Shown: piece after piece, positions 48,083-56,435 of the stretch
Layout: every line of letters starts with the position of its first letter
How positions within the stretch are numbered: position 1 is the stretch's first letter
DNA from: Oscillospiraceae bacterium
Lineage (GTDB): Bacteria; Bacillota; Clostridia; Oscillospirales; CAG-272
NCBI GenBank assembly: GCA_015063695.1
Contig: SVTQ01000005.1
Coordinates: 5,572-69,571 of the forward strand
Direction of reading: 5' to 3'
Length of the DNA stretch: 64,000 bases
Notes under the pieces: generated by a model
Told to the model about the DNA's origin: nothing
The model's input: only the letters and a program-made list of their open reading frames with translations
Databases searched by the model: none
Program-made: the position numbers and the translations under genes

Positions 48083-48296
48083 CAAGGCGAAGCCTTGTAT
48101 ATCATCCGCAACTTGTTGCGGTATATCATCAATGCGAAGCATTGCATATCATCAAGCTGCAGGAAAATACACGCTGACGCGTGATGAGATACAAGGGCGG
48201 CTTTTCGCCCTTGATGATATACACCACGCTTCGCGCGGCGATGATATGCCAAGCCTGCGGCTTGGATAAAAAATACACCAAGGCATACGCCTTGGT
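48083..48296. repeat. array of eight diverse hairpins joined by a conserved 10-nt linker (GTATATCATC x3, then GATGATATAC x3-4)
   Basis: Read directly. Hairpins at 48083-97, 48107-20, 48131-43, 48170-83, 48193-212, 48224-38, 48250-64 and 48277-96. Linkers at 48098-106, 48121-30, 48144-53, 48183-92, 48213-22, 48240-49 and 48265-76. Confidence 0.9.
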
Positions 48297-48303
48297 GTAT
48301 TTT

Positions 48304-48379
48304 TGGCAGGGGCAGAAGGACTTGAACCCACGACACCCAGTTTTGGAGACTGGTGTTCTACCAACTGAACTATACCCCT
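48304..48379 (-). tRNA. trnW: tRNA-Trp (anticodon CCA), CCA end encoded
   Basis: Minus strand: AGGGGTA TA GTTC AGTTGGTA GAAC A CCAGT CTCCAAA ACTGG GTGTC GTGGG TTCAAGT CCTTC TGCCCCT GCCA. The cloverleaf folds with one T-stem mismatch. It closely resembles Bacillus tRNA-Trp. Confidence 0.92.
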
Positions 48380-48393
48380 ATATCGACTTTGCT

Positions 48394-48422
48394 ATTGTAC
48401 CATATTATTTTGTATTTTGCAA
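48394..48422 (-). promoter_or_regulatory. sigma-A promoter of tRNA-Trp
   Basis: Minus strand: TTGCAA (48422..48417), 17 nt, TGgTACAAT with the -10 at 48399..48394. The tRNA 5' end lies 15 nt downstream of the -10 hexamer. Confidence 0.6.
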
Positions 48423-48497
48423 GTCTTTTTTTGATTTTTTTCAGATTTATTTGAAAAACATAAAATACGGTGTTTTTTCTTCTGTTTTTACCCGTTC

Positions 48498-48549
48498 AAA
48501 AGTCTTTGAAGGGAGTTTGAGGGAAACTTTCTTCAGAAAGTTTCCCTCA
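48498..48549. repeat. copy 2 of the ~50-nt hairpin element placed just after a stop codon
   Basis: aaaagtctttgaagggagtttGAGGGAAACTTTCttcaGAAAGTTTCCCTCa. 13-bp stem. It ends 7 nt from the icd stop codon. Confidence 0.7.
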
Positions 48550-48555
48550 TAAAAA

Positions 48556-49767
48556 TCACAGAGTCTTTTCAAGATTTTCTCTGATTGCCGAGAAGAATTC
48601 GGAGGTTTTAACTGCTTTTGCTTCAAAGCCATCGGGGGTGAGGTTAACAAGGTCCTTTGTCATGATACCCGAGGAAAGGGTCGTCATACAAGCCGCCTCC
48701 AGCTTATCCGCGAAGGAAACAAGCTCCGCTATTCCGTCAAGTTCGCCTCTCTTACGGAGAGCACCGGTCCAGGCATAAATAAGAGCCATGGGGTTTGCAG
48801 TGGGCTCTTCGCCTTTAAGGTATCTGTAATAGTGACGTGTTACGGTACCGTGAGCCGCTTCGTATTCAAAGCAGCCGTCGGGAGATACTAAAACACTTGT
48901 CATCATAGCAAGAGAACCGAAGGCGGTGGAGACCATATCGCTCATTACGTCGCCGTCATAATTTTTCAGCGCCCAGATAAAGCCGCCCTCGCTTCTGATA
49001 ACACGTGCAACTGCATCGTCGATGAGGGTATAGAAATACTCGATGCCTGCCGCTTCAAAGGCTTCCTTATAGAATTCATTATATATCTCTTCAAAAATAA
49101 GCTTGAAGGTCTGGTCGTACTGCTTGGAGATAGTATCCTTTGTGGAGAACCAGAGATCCTGTTTTGTGTCAAGGGCAAACTTGAAGCAAGCGTGAGCGAA
49201 GTCCTTTATGGATGAGTCCTTGTTGAACTGACCTTGAAGAACACCTGCACCGTCGTAATCGCAAATGGTTTCACAGAAGCTCTCACCGTTTTCGCCTTCA
49301 AAGACAAGCTTTGCAACGCCCTTGCCGGGAACGCGGAATTCAGTTGCCTTGTAAACATCGCCGTATGCGTGACGGGCGATGGTGATAGACTTTTTCCAGG
49401 AGCGGACGGAGGGGATGATAAAATCGGTCATGATGGGAGCACGAAAAACAGTACCGTTGAGAATGTTACGGATGGTGCCGTTGGGGCTCTTCCACATTTC
49501 GGTGAGGTTATATTCTTCAACTCTCTGCTTATTGGGCGTGATGGTCGCACACTTTACGCCGACACCGTACTTCTTATTGGCATAAGCCGCATCGTAGGTA
49601 ACCTTATCCTTTGTTGCCTCTCTGTTCTGAAGGGAGAGGTCATAGTATTCGCATTTGAGGTCAATGAAGGGAGAGAGAAGCTCGTCCTTGATCATTTTCC
49701 AGAGAATACGGGTCATTTCGTCCCCGTCCATTTCGACGAGGGGAGTTATCATTTTAATTTTTTCCAT
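48556..49767 (-). CDS. icd: NADP-dependent isocitrate dehydrogenase (eukaryote-like subfamily II)
   Basis: The N-terminus [23 protein letters not shown]...VKCATITPN is typical of IDH1/2-like enzymes. Start moved to ATG 49767, after the aconitase stop at 49778. Confidence 0.92.
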   Translation of the reverse strand: MEKIKMITPLVEMDGDEMTRILWKMIKDELLSPFIDLKCEYYDLSLQNREATKDKVTYDAAYANKKYGVGVKCATITPNKQRVEEYNLTEMWKSPNGTIRNILNGTVFRAPIMTDFIIPSVRSWKKSITIARHAYGDVYKATEFRVPGKGVAKLVFEGENGESFCETICDYDGAGVLQGQFNKDSSIKDFAHACFKFALDTKQDLWFSTKDTISKQYDQTFKLIFEEIYNEFYKEAFEAAGIEYFYTLIDDAVARVIRSEGGFIWALKNYDGDVMSDMVSTAFGSLAMMTSVLVSPDGCFEYEAAHGTVTRHYYRYLKGEEPTANPMALIYAWTGALRKRGELDGIAELVSFADKLEAACMTTLSSGIMTKDLVNLTPDGFEAKAVKTSEFFSAIRENLEKTL

Positions 49768-49777
49768 GTTATGCCTC

Positions 49778-51703
49778 TCAGTTATCTTTAGTGTAAGGGA
49801 GGAGACCACCTGCAAGGAGCATACCGCACTGGCGGGAGGAGAAGTCGCCTGCAAGGGGAATTCTTATATTTTTTGTTACGTCGTAAAGCTCGAATTTTCC
49901 TGTTTCAAGGGAGCCCTTTGCATTTTCAATTACAAGCTCGTCATCCTGCTCTACCTTGTCATAGTCGTCTGCATTTACGAATGTGAGGGGGAGAATACCT
50001 GCGTTAATAAGGTTTGCCGCGTGAATACGCGCAAAGCTCTTGGCAACTACTGCGCGCACTCCGAGATAAAGGGGAACCAGCGCCGCATGCTCACGGGAGG
50101 AGCCCTGACCGTAGTTTGAGCCGCCCACTATCACAGTATTTCCTGCCGCCTTTGCTCTTTCAGGGAAGCTCTCGTCGCAAACTGCGAAGCAGAACTTTGA
50201 AAGGTGAGGAATGTTGGAACGGTAAGGGAGTATCTTTGCGCCTGCAGGCATGATATGGTCAGTTGTGATATTATCGCCAACCTTGAGAGTAAGCTTTGCG
50301 CTTATCTTGTCGGGCAGGGGCTCTGTTTCGGGGAATTCCTTGATGTTGGGGCCTCTTATGATCGGAATATTTGCCGCGTTTTCAGCGGAAGCGGGCATTA
50401 GCACTGCACTGTCGTCTACCTTGAAAGCTTCGGGCATTTCGATCTCGGGATAGTCGCCGAGCTCAGAGGGATCTGTAATATAGCCTGTGAGGGCGGATGC
50501 CGCCGCAACCTCGGGAGAAACGAGGTATACACCTGCGTCTCTTGTTCCGCTTCTGCCTTCAAAGTTGCGGTTGAAGGTACGAAGTGAAACACCTGCGGAG
50601 TTGGGAGAGAAGCCCATGCCGATACAGGGGCCGCAGGCACATTCAAGAACTCTTGCACCCGAGGCTAAAATATCGGAGAGTGCGCCGCAGTCCGCAAGCA
50701 TGGAAAGAACCTGCTTTGAACCGGGGGAGACGGACATGCTTACGCTGTCTGCAATCTTTTTACCCTTCAGAATAGCCGCAACGCGGAGCATATCGCGAAG
50801 GGATGAATTCGTACATGAGCCTACACATACCTGGTCAACCTTAATTTCCGAGAGCTCGGATGCGCTCTTGATATTGTCGGGAGAATGGGGACATGCAAGC
50901 ATGGGACGGAGGGATGAAAGGTCGATATCAATGATGCGGTCGTAAACTGCATCCGCATCGCTTTCGAGAGGAACGTAGTCCGCTTCCCTGCCCTGAGCTT
51001 TGAGGAATTCTCTTGTTATCTCGTCGGAGGGGAAGATCGAGGTCGTTGCGCCGAGCTCGGTTCCCATATTTGTAATGGTCGCTCTTTCGGGAACGCTGAG
51101 GGTCTTTATTCCCTCTCCGCCCCATTCGATGATAGCTCCCACACCGCCCTTAACGGACAGAATACGGAGTATCTCAAGGCTTACGTCCTTTGCGCTGACC
51201 CAAGGAGAGAGCTTGCCTGTAAGGTTTACCTTATACATCTTGGGCATTGTGATATAGTACGCGCCGCCGCCCATGGCAACCGCAACGTCCATGCCGCCTG
51301 CGCCCATGGCAAGCATACCGATACCGCCGCCTGTGGGGGTATGGCTGTCGGAGCCTATAAGAGTTTTACCGGGAATGCCAAAGCGTTCAAGATGAACCTG
51401 GTGGCAAATGCCGTTACCGGGGCGGGAAAAACGGATGCCGTATTTCTTCGCCACGGACTGGATATACAGATGGTCGTCTGCATTTTCAAAGCCCGACTGC
51501 AGTGTGTTATGGTCTATGTAAGCAACGGAAAGCTCGGTCTTTACGCGAGGCAGGCCTATCGCTTCAAACTCGATATATGCCATGGTGCCCGTTGCATCCT
51601 GAGTAAGTGTCTGGTCTATTCTGAGGGCAATTTCAGTCCCTCTTATCATTTCACCTTCAACAAGGTGGTTTTTTATTATTTTCTCGGCTATTGTAAGTCC
51701 CAT
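49778..51703 (-). CDS. aconitate hydratase (short, ~640-aa type)
   Basis: Fe-S ligand motifs GSDSHT, GSCTNSS and CGPCIGMG. Swivel domain at the C-terminus. Confidence 0.9.
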   Translation of the reverse strand: MGLTIAEKIIKNHLVEGEMIRGTEIALRIDQTLTQDATGTMAYIEFEAIGLPRVKTELSVAYIDHNTLQSGFENADDHLYIQSVAKKYGIRFSRPGNGICHQVHLERFGIPGKTLIGSDSHTPTGGGIGMLAMGAGGMDVAVAMGGGAYYITMPKMYKVNLTGKLSPWVSAKDVSLEILRILSVKGGVGAIIEWGGEGIKTLSVPERATITNMGTELGATTSIFPSDEITREFLKAQGREADYVPLESDADAVYDRIIDIDLSSLRPMLACPHSPDNIKSASELSEIKVDQVCVGSCTNSSLRDMLRVAAILKGKKIADSVSMSVSPGSKQVLSMLADCGALSDILASGARVLECACGPCIGMGFSPNSAGVSLRTFNRNFEGRSGTRDAGVYLVSPEVAAASALTGYITDPSELGDYPEIEMPEAFKVDDSAVLMPASAENAANIPIIRGPNIKEFPETEPLPDKISAKLTLKVGDNITTDHIMPAGAKILPYRSNIPHLSKFCFAVCDESFPERAKAAGNTVIVGGSNYGQGSSREHAALVPLYLGVRAVVAKSFARIHAANLINAGILPLTFVNADDYDKVEQDDELVIENAKGSLETGKFELYDVTKNIRIPLAGDFSSRQCGMLLAGGLLPYTKDN

Positions 51704-51704
51704 C

Positions 51705-52349
51705 TTAGTTTATCCCCCTCTTTTTGATACTGTCTCTTGCATTCTCAACGTGCTCAATGACAAGCTTCTCAACGAGCTTTGCGTCACGGGCGATAAGTGC
51801 TTCAAGAATTGCCCTGTGCTCCGCAAGAGTCTTTTCGGCTCTGCTTGTATGAGAAACGGAAGCTTTGCGGTACTTTACCACTTTTCTGTGAAGAGCTTCA
51901 AGGGTATCCGCAAGGGGAGCACATCCGCACAATCCGTAAAGCTTTTTATGGAACTCGCTGTCCTCGTTTTTGATATTGTCTGCGTTTTTCTTTATAGTAT
52001 AAAACTCCTGTAGGTCAAGTATATGACGGAGCTCTTCTATATCCTTTTCGGTTGCCTTTTCCGCCACCATCGCCGCAGCCATTCCTTCAAGGCGGAGGCG
52101 CATTTCGTATATTGTTTCAATATCCTCGTAAGAAATACCGACAACAACTGCGCCGCGGGGGCCCATTTCGATGATATGCTCCTGTTCAAGACGGCGGAGC
52201 GCCTCTCTTATGGGGGTTCTGCTGACACCGAGCTTTTCGGAAAGCTTCAGCTCTGTGAGAACTTCCCCTCTTTCGTATTCACCGCTGAGAATTTCTCTCT
52301 CCAATTTTTCGAAAACCTGATCGGCTATTGATACGCTTTTTGTTATCAT
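51705..52349 (-). CDS. GntR family regulator (FadR/FCD subfamily)
   Basis: wHTH LSEKLGVSRTPIREALRRLEQEHII plus a helical FCD domain. Start moved to ATG 52349 (AAGGAGA RBS). It sits inside the citrate synthase-aconitase-icd operon. Confidence 0.85.
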   Translation of the reverse strand: MITKSVSIADQVFEKLEREILSGEYERGEVLTELKLSEKLGVSRTPIREALRRLEQEHIIEMGPRGAVVVGISYEDIETIYEMRLRLEGMAAAMVAEKATEKDIEELRHILDLQEFYTIKKNADNIKNEDSEFHKKLYGLCGCAPLADTLEALHRKVVKYRKASVSHTSRAEKTLAEHRAILEALIARDAKLVEKLVIEHVENARDSIKKRGIN

Positions 52350-52359
52350 TGTTATCTCC

Positions 52360-53736
52360 TTATTTACGGGCAAATCTGTCGCCTGCAAGCTCTTTTATCT
52401 TATCCTCGATCTCGCCTGCGGAAATAGAGGAAACTCTTCCTTCCTCATATTCCTTATCGACCCATTCCTTGAGACGGGCAACGAGAGGGTCTCTCTTATC
52501 AACTGCGGCTTCTCCCGTCAGTCCGTAGTTGCCGTTTATCCAGTAAGCGATACCTGCAAGTCCTGAGGTCTTGCTTATCATTACGGATGCAGGACGGTTC
52601 AAAAGCTTTTCAGTATTGAAGATGTTATATATCTCCTCGTCCTTAAGAAGACCGTCTGCATGAATTCCCGCTCTTGTCATGTTGAAATTCTTGCCTGCAT
52701 AGGGGGTCATGGGAGGGATATCATAGCCTATCTCGTTTTTGAAGTAGTCTGCAATTTCGGTAATTGCCGTGGTATCCATTCCGTCAAGTGAGCCTCTGAA
52801 CGCAGCGTACTCAAATACCATGGCTTCGAGGGGAATGTTGCCCGTTCTCTCGCCTATACCGAGAAGCGAGCAGTTTACGGCGCATGCACCGAAGAGCCAT
52901 GCGGCGGAGGCGTTGGCAACGGCTTTATAGAAGTCGTTATGTCCGTGCCATTCAAGGTATTCGCTCTTTACGTCGGAGTAGTGCTGAAGACCGTAGATGA
53001 TACCGGGAACGCTTCGGGGAAGGGCAACCTCACTGTAAGGAATACCGTAACCCATTGTGTCACAGGCTCTTATCTTTACGGGGATGCCTGCATCCTTTGA
53101 CATCTTCATGATCTCGTTTACAAAAGGAACAACAAAACCGTAGAAGTCAGCTCTTGTGATATCCTCAAGGTGGCATCTGGGAACTACTCCTGCTTCAAAA
53201 GCATCTGCGATAACTCCGAGGTAGTGGTTCATTACCTCGCTGCGGGTCATTTTCATTTTCTTGAAGATATGGTAGTCACTGCAGCTTACGAGAATTCCCG
53301 TTTCCTTTATGCCCATATCGTGAACCATTTTGAAGTCCTCTTTATTTGCTCTTATCCACGTTGTAATTTCAGGGAATCGAAGTCCCAGCTCCTGGCACTT
53401 TTCAACGGCTTCTCTGTCCTTTTTACTGTAAATAAAGAATTCTGTCTGTCTGATAATTCCGTAGGGGCCGCCGAGCTTTGAAAGGAGCTTATAGATATCA
53501 ACTATCTGCTTTACCGTGTAAGGTTCAACAGACTGCTGACCGTCGCGGAGAGAGGTATCTGTTATCCATATCTCCTCGGGCATACCCGTAGGAACTCTGC
53601 GGTGGTTAAAGGGAATTTTCGGAACCTCGTCGTATGTATATATTTCTCTGTACAGATTAGGCTCAGCTACGTCCTGAAGGGAATATTGATAGCTTCTCTG
53701 TTCCAGAAGGTTAGTCTTATTGGATATTTCAAGCAT
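52360..53736 (-). CDS. IPMS/homocitrate-synthase family enzyme, probable Re-citrate synthase
   Basis: HMGL-like TIM-barrel motif ITDTSLRDGQQS and HGHNDF. The operon context with aconitase and icd fits the Re-citrate synthase known from Clostridium kluyveri. The specificity itself is inferred. Confidence 0.65.
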   Translation of the reverse strand: MLEISNKTNLLEQRSYQYSLQDVAEPNLYREIYTYDEVPKIPFNHRRVPTGMPEEIWITDTSLRDGQQSVEPYTVKQIVDIYKLLSKLGGPYGIIRQTEFFIYSKKDREAVEKCQELGLRFPEITTWIRANKEDFKMVHDMGIKETGILVSCSDYHIFKKMKMTRSEVMNHYLGVIADAFEAGVVPRCHLEDITRADFYGFVVPFVNEIMKMSKDAGIPVKIRACDTMGYGIPYSEVALPRSVPGIIYGLQHYSDVKSEYLEWHGHNDFYKAVANASAAWLFGACAVNCSLLGIGERTGNIPLEAMVFEYAAFRGSLDGMDTTAITEIADYFKNEIGYDIPPMTPYAGKNFNMTRAGIHADGLLKDEEIYNIFNTEKLLNRPASVMISKTSGLAGIAYWINGNYGLTGEAAVDKRDPLVARLKEWVDKEYEEGRVSSISAGEIEDKIKELAGDRFARK

Positions 53737-53756
53737 GTTTCATTTCTCCTTGTGTT

Positions 53757-53795
53757 ATTGTATACAATTATACCACTATGCGCATTGGTTGTCAA
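53757..53795 (-). promoter_or_regulatory. consensus sigma-A promoter overlapped by a 12-bp palindrome (candidate GntR operator)
   Basis: Minus strand: TTGACA (53795..53790), 17 nt, TGgTATAAT with the -10 at 53772..53767. This is immediately followed and overlapped by ATTGTATACAAT (53768..53757), then the AAGGAG RBS and ATG 53736. Confidence 0.65.
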
Positions 53796-53881
53796 TACAT
53801 ATATTCATATATTATAGAGTGCAAGGTGATTTGTGAGGATTTTTCATTATTATATATAAGTAGTTTTTTCATCAATTATTA

Positions 53882-54004
53882 AACGGACAGTCGAGGACGC
53901 CTGTCCCTACGAATAAATTCAACGTTCGTTATCCGTGAGATATAATCCACCAAAAAAAACGTTCCCTCTATCGTTGTAGGGACAGGCGTCCTCGACTGTC
54001 CGTT
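53882..54004. repeat. REPIN-like element: two perfect 29-bp inverted GTAG-hairpin arms around a 65-nt spacer
   Basis: Left arm 53882-53910 aacggacagtcgaggacgcctgtccctac. Right arm 53976-54004 is its exact reverse complement (GTAGGGACAGGCGTCCTCGACTGTCCGTT). Each arm also folds on itself (GGACAG-10 nt-CTGTCC). Confidence 0.85.
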
Positions 54005-54030
54005 CATATTCATAAATCCTCCAAAAGCGC

Positions 54031-54060
54031 AAAAAAGGGAGGCATTTCTGCCTCCCTTTT
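54031..54060 (-). terminator. rho-independent terminator after the surface-protein gene
   Basis: AAAAAA-GGGAGGCA-TTTC-TGCCTCCC-TTTT. Confidence 0.8.
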
Positions 54061-54101
54061 AATCAGGTTCAGACTTTACGTCCTATTATGCATTTGCCGA
54101 A

Positions 54102-56435
54102 TTAGAATTCAACTGTGCTTCTCTTTCTTCTGTAAACTACAACACCTGTACCGAGAGCGAGAACTACGAGAAGTGCTGCGCTTACCCAGATTACAGTGTC
54201 GCCTGTTGCAGCAGAAACTGTTGTAACTGTAGCCTTGATTGTTACGATAGACTTAACGTCTTCAGCTTCGAGACCGTCAACCTTGGGAGCAACGATAACT
54301 CTGAGAAGAGTTGCGCCTGCTTCAACGTTCTTGAGAACTGCAAGGTCCTTGATCTTTATAACAGCGTTGCCGTTACCGTCGTCTGTGATCTCAACTGCCT
54401 TTTCGTCGATAGTATCAACGCCCTTGAAAGAAACCTTTGCTGCATCGTAAGAAACTGTGAAGGAAACTGCCTTTACGTTAGCCGCCTTAAATGCTTCAGT
54501 ATTGGGAACTGCAAGAGCAAAGGAACCGTCAGCGAGCTTTTCAACTGTTGTGTCAACATCAACAACTTCATCCTTTTCAACAGGAGGAACGTATCCGCCG
54601 TTATCATTGTCACTCTGGTCCTTATCAATGATTTTACCCTTGGAGAAGTCAACGAAGTTATAGAACTGAACGTTGTCCATCATGATCTGAGCGTTCATTC
54701 TTCTGAAGATCGCAATAGTCTTTTCAATTGAACCGTAGTCAAAGTACTTATACTTGAGGTTGAATACAGGCTGTGCCTCCGATGATACCATATCGCCGTC
54801 CATTGCGGGGTCAAAGTAGAAGCGGAGTACGCATGTTTCGTTATCATACTGGAATACCCAGTGATGCCACTCGTTGAGAGTGAGCTCTGCGTTTGCCTGA
54901 GCAACGATCTCAGAGGGGTCGGTCGTATTAACGATCTTGAACTTGCTATCGTCGAAGAAGTAACCGCACTGATAGTCGATGGCACTTGTGCCGCCGAACC
55001 AGTTGGCAAGATAGGAAGAATAGCCGTTTTCAAAAGTAACAAGGTCTGTTACCATCATATCGAATTCAAATGTGAAGGAAGGACCCTTGTTACCTGTTGC
55101 TTCCCAACGTGCATCTGCACCGTCGGGGAGTTCACCGTCTGTGGAGAGGTAGTTGTGTGTGTTGTGTGTGGGTTCTGTGGGATTAGCCACGGGATCCCAT
55201 TCGTCAAGGTCACGGTCAGTAACCTTATCCCATTTTACTACCCAGTTGCCGTCGTCAAGCTGAACTCTTTCACCATTGGAAACAGTACCAAAGGTATTCA
55301 TATCATCTTCATTGTCGTATGTAAGGATTACGGGATCCTTCTTTTCTGTATCATAATCCTTTACAATAGGAGTAGGTTCAGGACCGCCTACTGTATACTT
55401 AGCATAACCTGCATTGTATGAAGGATCTTCACTTACCTTATCACCGGAAAGGATAACTGCGTTGGAGCCTGCACATGTCTTATAGTTTTCATCTGTGTGC
55501 TGGATACCTACGATACCGGAACCCCATGTAAGGAGAGCGTTCCAGTGGTTGCCGCCGGAAGCACCGTCAGCGTTGAGAACAACTGCGGACATACCGTATT
55601 CGACACCGATAGCGCCGCCGGGGCCCTGCTTGTTGCCCTGCTTGTCAGTACCGTCTTTAAGCGCATATTTGTAATAGTTGTGCTGACGTCCGGGATTATT
55701 GTAGTCAATATAAGACCAGGGAATAGCAACTTCGTATGTTGTGATACCGTTCTGTGTATCGGAAGTGTAGGAAGAGCCTGCTGTTGCAATTGCCATATCA
55801 ACAAGACCCATGGACTGTGTATATGCATTGTTTGCAAGCATACCCTTGTTTACGTCTATTGTGTTGTTCCAAGCTTCCTTGTAACCGCCTGCATTGAGAC
55901 AGTAACCGAAGAGAAGGTCGCAAACATTAGCGGAACCCCAAGGCTTACGGTCGGTAGAGTCAAGAGCGGGGTCAAATTCGAAACCGCCGTTGACAGCATT
56001 TGCTCCTTCGGGGTCGATTCTTACCTGAAGAGCATCGCCGTCCCATGTTTCGCCTCTGCCGTTACGGAGAGAATGACCGTCGGGATCGTTTACCTTAGCG
56101 CCGATGTAGAAGTAGTTCTCGTCCCAGGAGAGCCAAAGCATATAGCTCATGGAAAGAGTAGCTGCGTCATAACCGCCGCCGTTGGCTGTTGCGAAAAATC
56201 TGTTGGGAGTGGGACTTTGTCCGCCTACTGTCTGAGCATCGCTCTGTTCAGCAAGAACCAGAGGAGCGCCCCATTCAGCTTCTGAAATGTAGCCGTCGAT
56301 CGTAGGCTTCACGTCAAAATACTTTGCTTCAACTTCGTCAACGTTAAATGCATCAACAGCCTGTGCAGGGATTGCGCCTGCAACAACTGCGAAAAGCATT
56401 ACAGAGACGAGAGCAAGTGAAAGAAGTTTTTTCAT
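54102..56435 (-). CDS. large membrane-anchored surface protein with carbohydrate-binding-like and LamG-like domains
   Basis: Signal peptide MKKLLSLALVSVMLFAVVAGAIPAQA. CBM9/DOMON-like start (KPTIDGYISEAEWG). LamG-like block (LTLNEWHHWVFQYDNETCVLRFYFD). C-terminal beta-sandwich. TM anchor (IWVSAALLVVLALGTGVVVY) plus RRKRS. The domain names are tentative. Confidence 0.6.
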   Translation of the reverse strand: MKKLLSLALVSVMLFAVVAGAIPAQAVDAFNVDEVEAKYFDVKPTIDGYISEAEWGAPLVLAEQSDAQTVGGQSPTPNRFFATANGGGYDAATLSMSYMLWLSWDENYFYIGAKVNDPDGHSLRNGRGETWDGDALQVRIDPEGANAVNGGFEFDPALDSTDRKPWGSANVCDLLFGYCLNAGGYKEAWNNTIDVNKGMLANNAYTQSMGLVDMAIATAGSSYTSDTQNGITTYEVAIPWSYIDYNNPGRQHNYYKYALKDGTDKQGNKQGPGGAIGVEYGMSAVVLNADGASGGNHWNALLTWGSGIVGIQHTDENYKTCAGSNAVILSGDKVSEDPSYNAGYAKYTVGGPEPTPIVKDYDTEKKDPVILTYDNEDDMNTFGTVSNGERVQLDDGNWVVKWDKVTDRDLDEWDPVANPTEPTHNTHNYLSTDGELPDGADARWEATGNKGPSFTFEFDMMVTDLVTFENGYSSYLANWFGGTSAIDYQCGYFFDDSKFKIVNTTDPSEIVAQANAELTLNEWHHWVFQYDNETCVLRFYFDPAMDGDMVSSEAQPVFNLKYKYFDYGSIEKTIAIFRRMNAQIMMDNVQFYNFVDFSKGKIIDKDQSDNDNGGYVPPVEKDEVVDVDTTVEKLADGSFALAVPNTEAFKAANVKAVSFTVSYDAAKVSFKGVDTIDEKAVEITDDGNGNAVIKIKDLAVLKNVEAGATLLRVIVAPKVDGLEAEDVKSIVTIKATVTTVSAATGDTVIWVSAALLVVLALGTGVVVYRRKRSTVEF

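Noticed and set aside
48057-48085. Promoter for the four-helix-bundle gene: TTGATT (48085..48080) and TATAAT (48067..48062).
   Set aside because: On recounting, the spacer is only 12 nt. The hexamer at the correct 17-nt distance is TAATAA, a poor -10. It is not reported as a feature.
48082-48552. ORFs 48082..48336(-), 48152..48364(-) and 48181..48552(+).
   Set aside because: They run through the hairpin array and the tRNA-Trp gene itself. Their repetitive MIY-type peptides are just translations of the conserved linker.
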